Below, in pieces: positions 54,306-64,000 of a DNA stretch of 64,000 bases. The DNA comes from an uncultured delta proteobacterium. GTDB taxonomy: Bacteria > Desulfobacterota > Binatia > UBA9968. Numbering within the stretch: the stretch's first letter is position 1; the number at the start of each line of letters is the position of its first letter. Where the stretch lies: NCBI GenBank assembly GCA_963816145.1, contig CAWFJP010000003.1, positions 672,001 through 736,000 on the forward strand, given 5' to 3'. A program made the position numbers and the translations under genes. The notes under the pieces were generated by a model that was given only the letters and a program-made list of their open reading frames with translations, had not been told where the DNA came from and searched no databases.

Positions 54306-55276
54306 CGTTTCGCCTTATCGGCAAAGCTCCAATCGCGCACTCCCTGCGGACCGAGCGGGGTTTTCGGTTTTTCCTTCAGCCTGAAGGTGCCGACAGCCAG
54401 CAGATCCTCGACGATGCCATCGGGCAGCGACAATTCCGGATTGTATTGATCGCGATAGAGCTTAAACAGTCTGTCCGCTGCGGCGGCGTCCACATGCATG
54501 ATTCTTTGAAATAGCGCCAGGCTGTATTCGGGATTCTGCAACAGATACATGGTCGAGAGCCGCAGCGCGCGCAGTACCCGGACAATTTCATCGGGATCTT
54601 GCACCATTTTTTTCTGCGTCGCGCCAATGCCGGTGATCGGGATGCGCACCAACTGACCCAGCTCTTGCGCCGACATGATCACGCGCAAGCCCTGCTTCTC
54701 GGCGGCGTATTCGGCGGGACTGGTGATAACCGTCGCATCGACGCTGCCGCTGACCACCGCCGCCATACGCTCGGGAGTGCCGCCGCCGATGGCGAGTATG
54801 GTGAGATCTTTGTTGGGATCCATGCCGCTCCGGCTTACCGCCGCGTAAGCGGCGTAGTCCGCCGAGCTACCGAATGAATTGATGCCGAGCTTTTTACCGC
54901 GCAGCGCTTTGACGCTCTCGATCTCAGGCCGCGCGACCATGAAATACGAGCTGCTCTTAGTCACCGCCGCGAGGATTCGCACCGGCAACCCGCGCGCCGC
55001 CGCGCCGGTCAAGAACGGCAGGATGGTGGCGTAATCCAGGTCGCCGGTCAGCAAAGCGGTAAGCATCAAATTAGTGCCGCGAAACGTGATCAGCTGGACC
55101 TTCAGCCCCTCCTTCTCGAAAAACCCCTTTTCCTTGGCGACAACGTAAGGCAGCGTCGTCCAGCTCCCCTGCCCGGACCAGCCAAAATTGATATCTTTGG
55201 CGTGAACTCCGGTTGCGAAGGGAACGCCGAGTAAGATCGGTAGAATCAAGTTGATAAACCAAGCGCGTTTTCTCAT
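54302..55276 (-). CDS. SsuA/THI5-like substrate-binding protein
   Basis: VAKEKGFFEKEGL, LRGKKLG; start MRKRAW. Confidence 0.88.
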   Translation of the reverse strand: MRKRAWFINLILPILLGVPFATGVHAKDINFGWSGQGSWTTLPYVVAKEKGFFEKEGLKVQLITFRGTNLMLTALLTGDLDYATILPFLTGAAARGLPVRILAAVTKSSSYFMVARPEIESVKALRGKKLGINSFGSSADYAAYAAVSRSGMDPNKDLTILAIGGGTPERMAAVVSGSVDATVITSPAEYAAEKQGLRVIMSAQELGQLVRIPITGIGATQKKMVQDPDEIVRVLRALRLSTMYLLQNPEYSLALFQRIMHVDAAAADRLFKLYRDQYNPELSLPDGIVEDLLAVGTFRLKEKPKTPLGPQGVRDWSFADKAKR

Positions 55277-55617
55277 TAGCTCCGTTCCTCGTTTACAGTT
55301 ACTCTCGTTGGGTAAACATTGATTCGCAGGGTGACCGGCGATCATGGACGTTTTCAGGAAGTCTCGAATATTTGCCGCTGTCTGGTTTCTTATATCAAAC
55401 GATCGCGCGACGCCACGCAGCGCGACTGTTTTTGCAATCGGCGAATTGAGGGCAGGCATTCCGAGCGCGGCAAGGATGCTGCGTTGCCCACAGGAGGCGC
55501 GGCCCAGAGTCGATTAACCACGCGGGAGAAAACTGATATATGGTATTTTCTACGTGGCGACGTTGCCCAGTCGATAATAATTCTATACGACGCCGACCCG
55601 GAAAGGAGAATCCTAAC

Positions 55618-56001
55618 GTGAGCGTGCAGCTAAACCACACGATTGTCTGGTGCCGGGACAAGCAGAAGTCGGCGATGTTCTTTACAGAACTCTTCGGACT
55701 ACCGAGCGCCACACCGTTCGGACCGATGCTTGTCGTCCCGCTCAACAACAACGTTTCCATCGACTTTTACGATAACGACGGCGATATATCGTCCCAGCAC
55801 TACGCCTTCCTGATCGGCGAAGACGACTTCGACCAAATCTTCGGCCGCATCCGCGATCGAGGACTCCAGTATTGGGCCGACCCGTATAAGAAACGCCCTG
55901 GTGAAATCAGCCGAAACGACGGCGGCCGAGGTGTTTATTTCGAAGACCCCGACGGCCATTTCCTCGAACTACTAACCCGGCCCTACGGCAGCGGCGGATA
56001 A
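55618..56001 (+). CDS. VOC (glyoxalase/bleomycin resistance) family protein
   Basis: LNHTIV, QHYAF, GGRGVYFEDPDGH; GTG start with AAGGAG. Confidence 0.9.
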   Translation: MSVQLNHTIVWCRDKQKSAMFFTELFGLPSATPFGPMLVVPLNNNVSIDFYDNDGDISSQHYAFLIGEDDFDQIFGRIRDRGLQYWADPYKKRPGEISRNDGGRGVYFEDPDGHFLELLTRPYGSGG

Positions 56002-56371
56002 GAAAGTGAGTTTCGTTATCTCGGCCCGCTCGGTTTGCCTATAAATCATTCCCTTGCTGTTGGAGTTTCATCCGCCTGATAGCCGAGCGCGGTCGCAACA
56101 AAAGAGTTTGTCGAGTTAAACAAGTCCCTCACCGTTGCCCGCCGGTGCCGTGCCGTTTCTGGCACCATTGTTACCGAGCTATACCGCGGGCTGATATTTG
56201 GATAACCCGCCGCACCTAGAGCGTCTGCTTGCGAAATAATTGACACGGCGCGGCGAGTTGGTGGATATTGCAGCTGATTTTGCCTTTGGAAATTTGCGAT
56301 TCCCGAATAACCCGCCTGACGACCTGGCGGTTCACTCAATATTTAGACGCAGACCGAGTGGAAGGGTCCGA

Positions 56372-56626
56372 ATGGATCGAACGTATGGTTTCGCAGCGTT
56401 GTGCATCGTCGTGGGGCTCAGTTTCGTCCTATTTCGAGGCTGGTGGGTGCGGGAACGGACCGACGTTCTCCGGCGCGCCGTCAGGGTCGCGATTGGTGCG
56501 CGGATGCGCCAAAAAGCCGAGGCTAGAACGCGATGGTACGAGACGCATCCGGCAGACGCTGAACGTCGAGCCATATACATCGGTATCGCTTATATTCTTG
56601 TAGGAGTTGTTGTCCTTCTCTTCTGA
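56372..56626 (+). CDS. Small membrane protein (2 TM)
   Basis: Two hydrophobic segments; weak RBS. Confidence 0.45.
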   Translation: MDRTYGFAALCIVVGLSFVLFRGWWVRERTDVLRRAVRVAIGARMRQKAEARTRWYETHPADAERRAIYIGIAYILVGVVVLLF

Positions 56627-56951
56627 TGAAATCCGTTGGAATGAAATCACCGTACACATGTCTAACTCGCCGCTTGAGCCGACGGCGAGGAATTGGTGAT
56701 CGATGAGTTTTTTTTTCGCGGCTCAGCGGCATAGCGTTATGGCGTCGGTGAGCTTTGAATAGGGGCATGATTGAACTGAATAACGTCATCAACACGCTCG
56801 TAAGGGATCATTCCATGGACATGATAGCAAATCTTTGAAACGCCAAGTGATCTAGCCCGGATCTAGCGGCAAGGAATACTTGACATCCTGCACCTCCCGG
56901 CAATAGTTTGAGCCGGCAAATTACCGAAGTTTTTCGTCCAAGGAGGATTCA

Positions 56952-57347
56952 ATGTTTGAAATCAAAGGCATTCGCACCTTCGCCATGAGCGCCAAGGATC
57001 TCGACAAGTCGGTGGAGTTCTATACCAATATCGTCGGCGGCAAAGTCGTCAAAACCGTCGAACCAACGGAAGAGCAGCTCAAAGCCGGCCAAGTGAGAGA
57101 GGTCGACGTTCGTCTCGGCAACTTCGAAGTGCACATCTTCGACGCTTCGAAAGGGCCGCGCGCCGCCGATCCGCATCATACGCTTAACATCCCGTGGCAG
57201 GAAAAAGACCAGGCGCTCAAAATGCTCCAAGAGTCCGGCGCCATGGTAGAAAAAATCCGGCCGCACCGCGGCACCGACAACTACTCGATCAACGTCTTCG
57301 ACCCCGACGGCAACCGCTGGGAACTGTCGTTCGCCAAAGAAAACTAG
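56952..57347 (+). CDS. VOC family protein
   Basis: DLDKSVEFY, DPDGNRWEL; RBS AGGAGG; upstream TTGACA-N18-TAGTTT. Confidence 0.88.
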   Translation: MFEIKGIRTFAMSAKDLDKSVEFYTNIVGGKVVKTVEPTEEQLKAGQVREVDVRLGNFEVHIFDASKGPRAADPHHTLNIPWQEKDQALKMLQESGAMVEKIRPHRGTDNYSINVFDPDGNRWELSFAKEN

Positions 57348-57453
57348 TTCCACTCGTTCCAGCGGTTCCAAACGTTCCAGGAGTTCCATCCGGTTAACGC
57401 GTCCGGAATCTCAACGTTTGGAACCATTGGAACAACTGGAACGGGCCCAGTCT

Positions 57454-58608
57454 TCAATTGTATTTTTTTAAAACCTCCCTGGCGATGACCATGCGCATGA
57501 CCTCGGACGCTCCTTCGGTAATCATTCGGCTGCGCTGATCGACGAACCATTTGGCCAGCGGCAGGTCGAGCGTCAAGCCGATGCCGCCGTGGATCTGCAA
57601 TACCCGGTCGACGACGCGAAACGACATTTCGTCGGCGAACAGCTTGGCCATGTAAGCTTCGTTGCGGATGTCCTGCTTCTGGTCGTTCTTCCAGGCCGCC
57701 TGATAGACCATCAAGCGCGCCGCGTGCAGTTCGACGTAGGAGTCGGCCAATTTGAACGTAATGCCCTGGCGCTCCGACAGCGGCTTGCCGAAGGTGATGC
57801 GCTGTTTGGAATAGCTCGCGCCCATCTCGATGCAGCGCTCCGCCACGCCCAACGCACGCGCGCCATGTTTCAGCCGGCCGATGCCCAGCCATTTCTGCGC
57901 CAGCTTGAAGCCCTCGCCTTCTTTCCCGACAAGATTCTCCGCGGGAATCTTCATGTCGTCGAAGGTGATATGCCAGGGCTCTTCGCCCATCATGGTCTTG
58001 TAGCGCGTGACCAGCGTCAGTCCCGGCGTCTTCATGTCGACCATGAAACAAGAGATGCCGCCATGGGCGCCCTTGGCCGGATCGGTCACCGCCATCAACT
58101 GACCGAAGTCGGCATCGCCGGCACCGGTGATGAAACGCTTGGTGCCGTTGATCACGTAGTGATCGCCCTGACGCACGGCGCGGGTTTTCATTGACGCAGG
58201 ATCGGAGCCGGCGTCCGGCTCGGTCTGCATAAAGCAAAGTTTTTTCTCACCACTTCTGATTGGATCCAAGAAGCGTTTTTTCTGCTCGTCGTTCAAGGCG
58301 TAGAGGATCGGCCGGATTTCCGGACCGAAAATCCCCTGGCCGCGCGACGGCAACGCCACCGTGCGCGCCAACTCTTCCCACACCAACACCTGCGCCAGAC
58401 TGCCGAGCCCGCCGCCGCCGTATTCTTCCGGCACGTCGAACATCCACAGTCCCATCTCTTTGGTCTTCTTTTCCAGCTTCTCGCGAATGTCGGGCTTGAG
58501 TTCCATGTTCTCGATCGTGTGCATCTCGATCGGGATCAGCTCCTTGTCGACAAACTTGCGCACGGTGTCTTTGAGCATCTGAAATTCATCGGGCAGATTG
58601 AAATCCAT
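57454..58608 (-). CDS. Acyl-CoA dehydrogenase
   Basis: TEPDAGSD, NGTKRFIT, R.TFGKPL, QIHGG.G, EGASEV. Confidence 0.95.
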   Translation of the reverse strand: MDFNLPDEFQMLKDTVRKFVDKELIPIEMHTIENMELKPDIREKLEKKTKEMGLWMFDVPEEYGGGGLGSLAQVLVWEELARTVALPSRGQGIFGPEIRPILYALNDEQKKRFLDPIRSGEKKLCFMQTEPDAGSDPASMKTRAVRQGDHYVINGTKRFITGAGDADFGQLMAVTDPAKGAHGGISCFMVDMKTPGLTLVTRYKTMMGEEPWHITFDDMKIPAENLVGKEGEGFKLAQKWLGIGRLKHGARALGVAERCIEMGASYSKQRITFGKPLSERQGITFKLADSYVELHAARLMVYQAAWKNDQKQDIRNEAYMAKLFADEMSFRVVDRVLQIHGGIGLTLDLPLAKWFVDQRSRMITEGASEVMRMVIAREVLKKYN

Positions 58609-58732
58609 GATTCACCTCAACTGATGATCTTGAGTCGGCCACGTCAACTAGCTAGCGGACATGCCCCCACCTCTTTCCTCCCCCGCGACGCGGGGGAGGA
58701 TGAAGGAGGGGGATTGAACTTTTTGAACGAGT

Positions 58733-59548
58733 TTATTTCTGATCGACCTTATACGACCCCAACCCCGGCCGATATTCCTTGCGGGCAAACTGCTGCAGGC
58801 CGGGCCGGCCGCCGATCGCCGCCTTCGCTTTGTCTGAGATCAAACCTGAGATTTCGTAGGCAACATCGGGATTTGAATAAAAAGTGTAATACCATGCCTC
58901 TTTGACAGCATTGAGCGCCGAGGGCGCTTTCTCTTTCAAGTTATTGGCGATCTCCATGACTTCTTTGTCCAAGTCGGCGCGGGGCACCGCCTTAGTGATG
59001 AGACCGATACGCTCGGCTTCCTTGGCCGTCATGGTTTTGCCGGTGAGCGCGTAGTAGAGGGCGTGCTTTGGCTGGAGGTTCTCGGAGAGCACGATGGTCA
59101 CCTCGCCGCCGGGGAAATGGCCGAAGTTGACCTCCGAGAGGCCGAGCTGAACATCGTCAGCCGCGATGGCGATATCGCAGCCGGTGACAACCGTGAAGCC
59201 GCCGCCAAAAACCCAGCCGTTAATCCTGGCGATCACCGGTTGCGGCATCTTGCGCAGAATCTCGTTGCGCCATTGGCGCGACTTCTCGCGCACTTCATCG
59301 CGCACCCGCTCGGGCTGCGAATCCATCTCGATGAAATATTGCTTCAAGTCCTGCCCGGCGCAGAAGCTCTCGCCGGCGCCGGTGATGATGATCACCCGGG
59401 TCTCTTTGTCGTAGCGCAGGTCGGTCAAGCAATCGTACATATCGCGATGCAGCTGCGGGCTCATCGCATTGCGTTTTTCCGGGCGATTGAGCGTGATCGT
59501 CGTCACGCCGTCTTTATTATCCACCAATAGGGTTTGATAGTTTGCCAT
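58733..59548 (-). CDS. Enoyl-CoA hydratase, hydroxycinnamoyl-CoA hydratase/lyase-like
   Basis: NRPEKRNAMSP, AGQDLKQYF, SEVNFG, C-terminal YRPGLGSY. Confidence 0.8.
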   Translation of the reverse strand: MANYQTLLVDNKDGVTTITLNRPEKRNAMSPQLHRDMYDCLTDLRYDKETRVIIITGAGESFCAGQDLKQYFIEMDSQPERVRDEVREKSRQWRNEILRKMPQPVIARINGWVFGGGFTVVTGCDIAIAADDVQLGLSEVNFGHFPGGEVTIVLSENLQPKHALYYALTGKTMTAKEAERIGLITKAVPRADLDKEVMEIANNLKEKAPSALNAVKEAWYYTFYSNPDVAYEISGLISDKAKAAIGGRPGLQQFARKEYRPGLGSYKVDQK

Positions 59549-59764
59549 TGTCTTTCCTCCTTAGAATTTTTGCACGGCTTCGTCAGATCAGGTCTTATTC
59601 TAGATATGTTGAGACTGTCAATCGCCGGAAAAGCGGAAGACAGAAGTCAGGATTCAGAATATGGAAGCGTAAGAACCGAAAAATCCCTGCAGAGAGCAAC
59701 GCGAGCTCGTTCTGGCTTCTGGATTCTGATTTCTTCCTTCCGGCTTCCAGAACCCGCGACCCAT

Positions 59765-60802
59765 TCACCGCCGCACCAGATCGTGCAACAGTTTTTTCCA
59801 GCGATCCTCGGCCCTTTCGTACTGCTCGACGGTCATACCCTTTTCGGGGTACCAGCGTTTGAAACCGTAATCCTTCGTGGAAGTCGCGAAACGAAATTTC
59901 TCCTCGAAGATCTTCTGTCCTTCGGGGCTGAGCAAAAAATCAATGAACAAGAGCGCCGCGTGCGGGCTGTTGGTCCCGGCGGGCAGCGCCACCCCGCCGG
60001 CGTTGGTTGGGTTGAGGTCCATCGCTACCCACTCGGTCGGCGCGCCCTTGGGTTTGGCCGCGAGCACGTGGTTGCGAAAGATCGAGATCGACATCGGCAT
60101 CTCTCCCGCCGCCATGAGCTCATGCATCGCGCCGCCCGAGATCATGTGCATCTTCACATCAAGCGCCTTGAGTTGTTTAACGAATTCTTCGCCTTTGGCC
60201 CGAATCATCGCGCCAATGAAGCGCACACCTGTGACGTCGCCGCTGACGGAAACCTTGCCCTTGTTCTCGGGCCGGATCAAATCGGCAAAGTTCTTCGGCA
60301 CGTCGGCGGCGCGAATCAGGTTGCGGTTGTAGCCAAGACCGACAATGGATTCGCGGTCGGTGGTCCAAAGAACCCGCCCTTTGTCCGCTTCTTCCTTGGC
60401 GTCGTCCGGGAACTTCGTCAGATGGGGCGAATAGTAAGGCATGAGCAATTTGCTTTCGCGCATGATCATGAGCGTCGCCGGCGTCGTTTCGATCAAATCG
60501 GCAATCGACCTCTTGGTTTGTCCCTCGCTCAACAGACGCCGCGTCAGATCGGTGGAGCCGGCGCGATAGGTCTCAACTTTCACGCCGGGATATTTGGCTT
60601 CAAACACATTGGCGATATCGCGATGGGCCGTGAGGCTGGTGTACCACGTAAGTTTCCCTTCCTTCTTCGCGCCGGCTTTGAGCATCTCTTCCCGGTCCGC
60701 GCCGCGATAGTTGGCGAGATCGGCGGTGGGTTTAGTTTGCGCGGAGACGACCGATGACAAAATTATGACGAAGCTAACAACCGACCACGCGACTAAATGC
60801 AT
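59765..60802 (-). CDS. ABC transporter substrate-binding protein, AfuA/Fe(III)-like family
   Basis: GAKKEGKL.WYTS, FEAKYPG, PHAALLFIDFLLS.EGQ. Confidence 0.88.
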   Translation of the reverse strand: MHLVAWSVVSFVIILSSVVSAQTKPTADLANYRGADREEMLKAGAKKEGKLTWYTSLTAHRDIANVFEAKYPGVKVETYRAGSTDLTRRLLSEGQTKRSIADLIETTPATLMIMRESKLLMPYYSPHLTKFPDDAKEEADKGRVLWTTDRESIVGLGYNRNLIRAADVPKNFADLIRPENKGKVSVSGDVTGVRFIGAMIRAKGEEFVKQLKALDVKMHMISGGAMHELMAAGEMPMSISIFRNHVLAAKPKGAPTEWVAMDLNPTNAGGVALPAGTNSPHAALLFIDFLLSPEGQKIFEEKFRFATSTKDYGFKRWYPEKGMTVEQYERAEDRWKKLLHDLVRR

Positions 60803-60919
60803 TCAGCACCTCAAATGAATCTGTTCTTACTTCCTTCCCCGCGATGGGGAAGAACCCAGGGACGGTTCCACATTTTTTTATTGCGGGCTCAGCTCCCCTA
60901 TTCCAACCTTCCCCCGTTA

Positions 60920-61051
60920 GAGGCTGTGTTGTAAAGCTCAAATGCCCCGCATCTGTCATCCCGAGCGCAGCGAGGGATCTCGTCCTTTCAGCCACATACG
61001 AAGAAGAGATTCCTCGGCTTCACCTCGGAATGACAGTTGCGAAACAGTCTC
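60920..61051. mobile_element. 132-bp MITE, copy 2
   Basis: Same length and near-identical to 47403-47534; sits in the loop of CCTTCCCCC...GGGGGAAGG. Confidence 0.85.
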
Positions 61052-61123
61052 TCAAGGGGGAAGGAATCATACATCGTGCCGGCCTCTCGCTTTGCTCGCA
61101 GCTTTAACTTGCAAGCGAAAAGG

Positions 61124-63524
61124 CTATTCCAACGCCCCATCCTGCTTAAGCGCAGCGATGGTCGCCGCGTCATAGCCCACCACATCGCGCAGCACCGCCT
61201 CGGTATCCTTACCGAGCACAGGGAATTCCCAGCGGCGCGTCAGTTTGGCGTTGGTAAAGTGCAGCGGAAAATTCGGCAAGACGACTTTGCCCAACCTGGG
61301 ATTATCCACTTCGACGACGAAACCTCGTTCTTTGAGCTGCGGGTCGTTGACCAAGTCCTCGCCGGTTTGCGCCACACCGCAGGGTATGCCAGCTTGCTGC
61401 AGTTGATCGCGCACCGCGAACGCATCCCTCGACTGCGTCCAGGCCGAGATAATCTTATCTAGCGCTTCCCGATGCCGCAGCCGCTCCGCGTTGGTCGCGA
61501 AGCGGGAGTCGCGGACGACGTCGCCGCCGAGAATGTTGGCGAGCGCCGACCATTGCGGCTCGGTCTCCGCGGCGATCGCGCACCAACGATCTTCGCCCTT
61601 GCACGGATAGCAGCCGTGCGGCGCTACCGAGAGCGACATGTTGCCGATGGGTTCGGGATTCCTGCCGCTCGACGCCGCTTCCATCAAATTGGCGCCGATC
61701 ATGAACGCCGTCGCTTCCGACTGCGCCAAATCGATGAACGCACCTTTCTTGTGCCGGTCGCGATAGAGCACGCCGGAAATGATGATGATCGCGCACAAAA
61801 CGCCGGAGACATAATCCGGGTAAACCAACTGCGCGCCGATGGGCGGGTTGGTGACACCCGGATGATTCCACATATAAGTCAGCCCGGTAAAAGCGGTGAT
61901 ATTCACACCCACCGTCGAAAAATGTCGCTTGGGGCCGGTGGTGCCGAGGCCGGGCATGCGCAGATTGACGATGTCGGGCTTCACCGCGCACAGTTGCTTG
62001 TAACCCAAACCGATGCGATCGACGACATCTACACTGTAGTTATCGAGCACGGCATCGGCCTTGGCGACCAAATCATGCAACACGCCCTGCCCTTTGGGAT
62101 GCTTCAAGTTAACTGTGAACGATCGCTTGTTGCGGTTGAATTCCAAAAAACGCGGCGACAGATTGGGATCTTCGCCGGTGCCAAAAAACCGAAACGGGTC
62201 CATGCCGCCTTTGCTCGACTCGATTTTCATGACATCGGCGCCAAGCTCGGCCAAAATCGTCGTGCCGTAGGGCCCGGCCAAGCACGTGATCGAAACTGAC
62301 GATACGCATGCCGTCGAGCGGGCCATTGCCGCTGCTTGAATCATTAGCTTTTGCCGGAGCCCCCGCTCTTCTCTCCCCCGTGACGGGGGAGATGTAAGAG
62401 GGGGATTGCCAGCTATCGAGCAGCGGCACACTGCCGACGACTGGACGGCTGCCGTCGATCATGAACGGCATCCCCGGCTGCTTGGCGGCACCAAAACCCG
62501 CGTGATTCACCGCTGTCATGAACCCCCGACCCTGCACATGCTCGTCGTTGGCAAAGCCCATCGGTGTATTCACCGGCACGCAAGGGATGCCCTTGTCCTG
62601 CAACAACTCGGTGATCTCCGCCATGGTGAATTTGCCGATAAACGCTTCCACCGCGGGATTCAACTCAGCGGCATGATCGCGCCGGTAGACATTGTTCAGC
62701 CAATCAGGAGCATCGAACGTCGCCGGATGGTCTTTCCAGATCGAAAGAAAAAGCTTCCAATGCTGGCGCGTGACGTAGAGATAAACGAAGCCGTCTTTGA
62801 CCGGGAAGATTTTCGCCGGCGCCACCGAGCCATGCTGGCTGCCGGCGCGCTTGAGGATCTGTTTTTCGTTCGCCCACAGGCGAATGATATGCTCGTGCGT
62901 CGCCAGGGTTTCCTGCATCGACGTGTCGATGTGATCGCCTTGACCGGTCTTTTCACGCCGGTAGAGCGCCGCCAGCACGCCGGCTGTGGCGAATAGACTG
63001 GCGAAGTAATAGGCCTGCGACTCGGGCGCTTTGCACGGCGCCGTCGACGGATCGCCGCACACATAGAGAATCCCGCTCTCCGCCAGCGCAACCAGATCGT
63101 TGTAAGCGAGATTTTTCTTCGGTCCGGTTTGACCGAAGCAAGTTATCGATGCCATGACGATGCCGGGATTGACGGCAGCGAGATCTTTGTAGCCCAACCC
63201 TTTCGCTGCCAACTCACCCGGCTGAAAACTTTCGATGACAACATCGGCGGATTCAACCATTTTGCGAAATGCCGCGCGGCCGGCGTCGTTGTCGAGATCG
63301 ATCACCTTGCTGTGCTTGCCCGCGTTCAAGTGCGCGAAGGTCGTGCTCAGCTTGGCGCCGTTGGCCGCAGTGATGAACGGCGCCAAGTTACGCACCGGAT
63401 CGCCGCCGGGCGGCTCGACCTTGATCACTTCCATGCCCAAGTCGGCAAGCATGCGGCCGCATAACTGGCCGCTCAAGCCGGTAAGATCCAACGCTCTGAA
63501 CCCTTTGAGAAATTCTCCGCTCAT
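61124..63524 (-). CDS. Two-domain CaiB/BaiF (family III) CoA-transferase, frameshift near 62280
   Basis: LADLG.EVIKVEPP.GD in domain 1; GPLDG.RI..FDHVL joins AGPYGTTILAELGADV and NRNKRS in domain 2. Confidence 0.85.
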
Positions 63525-63570
63525 CTTCTGTCCTTCTATTGAATATTGCCGTCCGCTTCAAATTCGAAAA

Positions 63571-63643
63571 TCTCCCCTAACCCCTCTTTTCCAAAGAGGG
63601 GAACAATTTCCCCCCTTTGAAAAAGGGGGACCAAGGGGGATTT
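63571..63643. repeat. CCCCCTTT..AAAGGGGG double-hairpin repeat
   Basis: CCCCTCTTTTCCAAAGAGGGG and CCCCCTTTGAAAAAGGGGG within a flanking inverted arm. Confidence 0.75.
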
Positions 63644-63667
63644 ATCCCAGTCCTGCTTATCTAAGGA

Positions 63668-64000
63668 TCACGCCCCAACGAACCGCGCCCGCAAGTCATT
63701 CAAGATCTGGGAAGCCTCGCTCACCATGCGATCGACGATCTCCTTGGCCGGGACGTTGTTGCGCTCCTCGCTCAGCATGCCGGCCACTTGGCCGCCAGGG
63801 ACATGCAAGAGCTCGACGCGATTGGCGGCTTCGGCGGCGCGCCGCACTTCGTCCATGGCGTTGCCTTGGTAAGGTGTCGGCATGGCATCGAGCCCGGAAC
63901 TCATCCAGGCCTTGATCACGTCGCTGCGATAGTGCCGTGCAAAGTGGCCGCTGGTGTAGGCCGTGCGGACAAAGTCTTCCGAGCTGCCGTTGAGAATTTG
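63668..64000 (-). CDS. Nitronate monooxygenase family protein (3' end, runs off the window)
   Basis: T..TSG..AR, P.P.Q, GQVAGM, PAKEIV C-terminal motifs. Confidence 0.7.
   Translation of the reverse strand, partial: QILNGSSEDFVRTAYTSGHFARHYRSDVIKAWMSSGLDAMPTPYQGNAMDEVRRAAEAANRVELLHVPGGQVAGMLSEERNNVPAKEIVDRMVSEASQILNDLRARFVGA

Noticed and set aside
59534-60757. Long antisense ORFs (e.g. 407 aa here, 13290..14291, 42577..43344)
   Set aside because: They are shadows of well-supported genes in high-GC DNA and have no recognisable motifs.

Overview
A GC-rich bacterial chromosome segment. Its gene content resembles Candidatus Binatia / Deltaproteobacteria MAGs, but that placement is inference only. 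It is dominated by paralog expansions: 8 SsuA/THI5-type substrate-binding proteins (plus a fragment), 2 Bug/TctC receptors and 1 AfuA-type SBP, against only one permease/ATPase pair; 8 amidohydrolases and 2 DUF6282-like metallohydrolases. It also carries cupins, CoA-dependent catabolic enzymes, gltBD with an Lrp regulator, UPF0182 and a stand-alone A-PCP protein. Signals the ORF track misses: (1) a UGSC-type selenoprotein (in-frame TGA in D-U-G-S-C, SECIS-like hairpin 11 nt downstream) with its partner gene, inside a run of hydrolase, cupin and SBP genes; (2) a variant c-di-GMP-I riboswitch with a 9-bp anti-RBS helix under a sigma54 promoter; (3) a 132-bp MITE present twice, each time in the loop of a palindromic repeat and itself carrying a repeat pair; (4) a RAYT with an altered HUH motif plus many intergenic palindrome families; (5) a probable leaderless Cys/His microprotein. 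Four frameshifted genes look like homopolymer assembly errors. I saw no rRNA, tRNA or CRISPR array.
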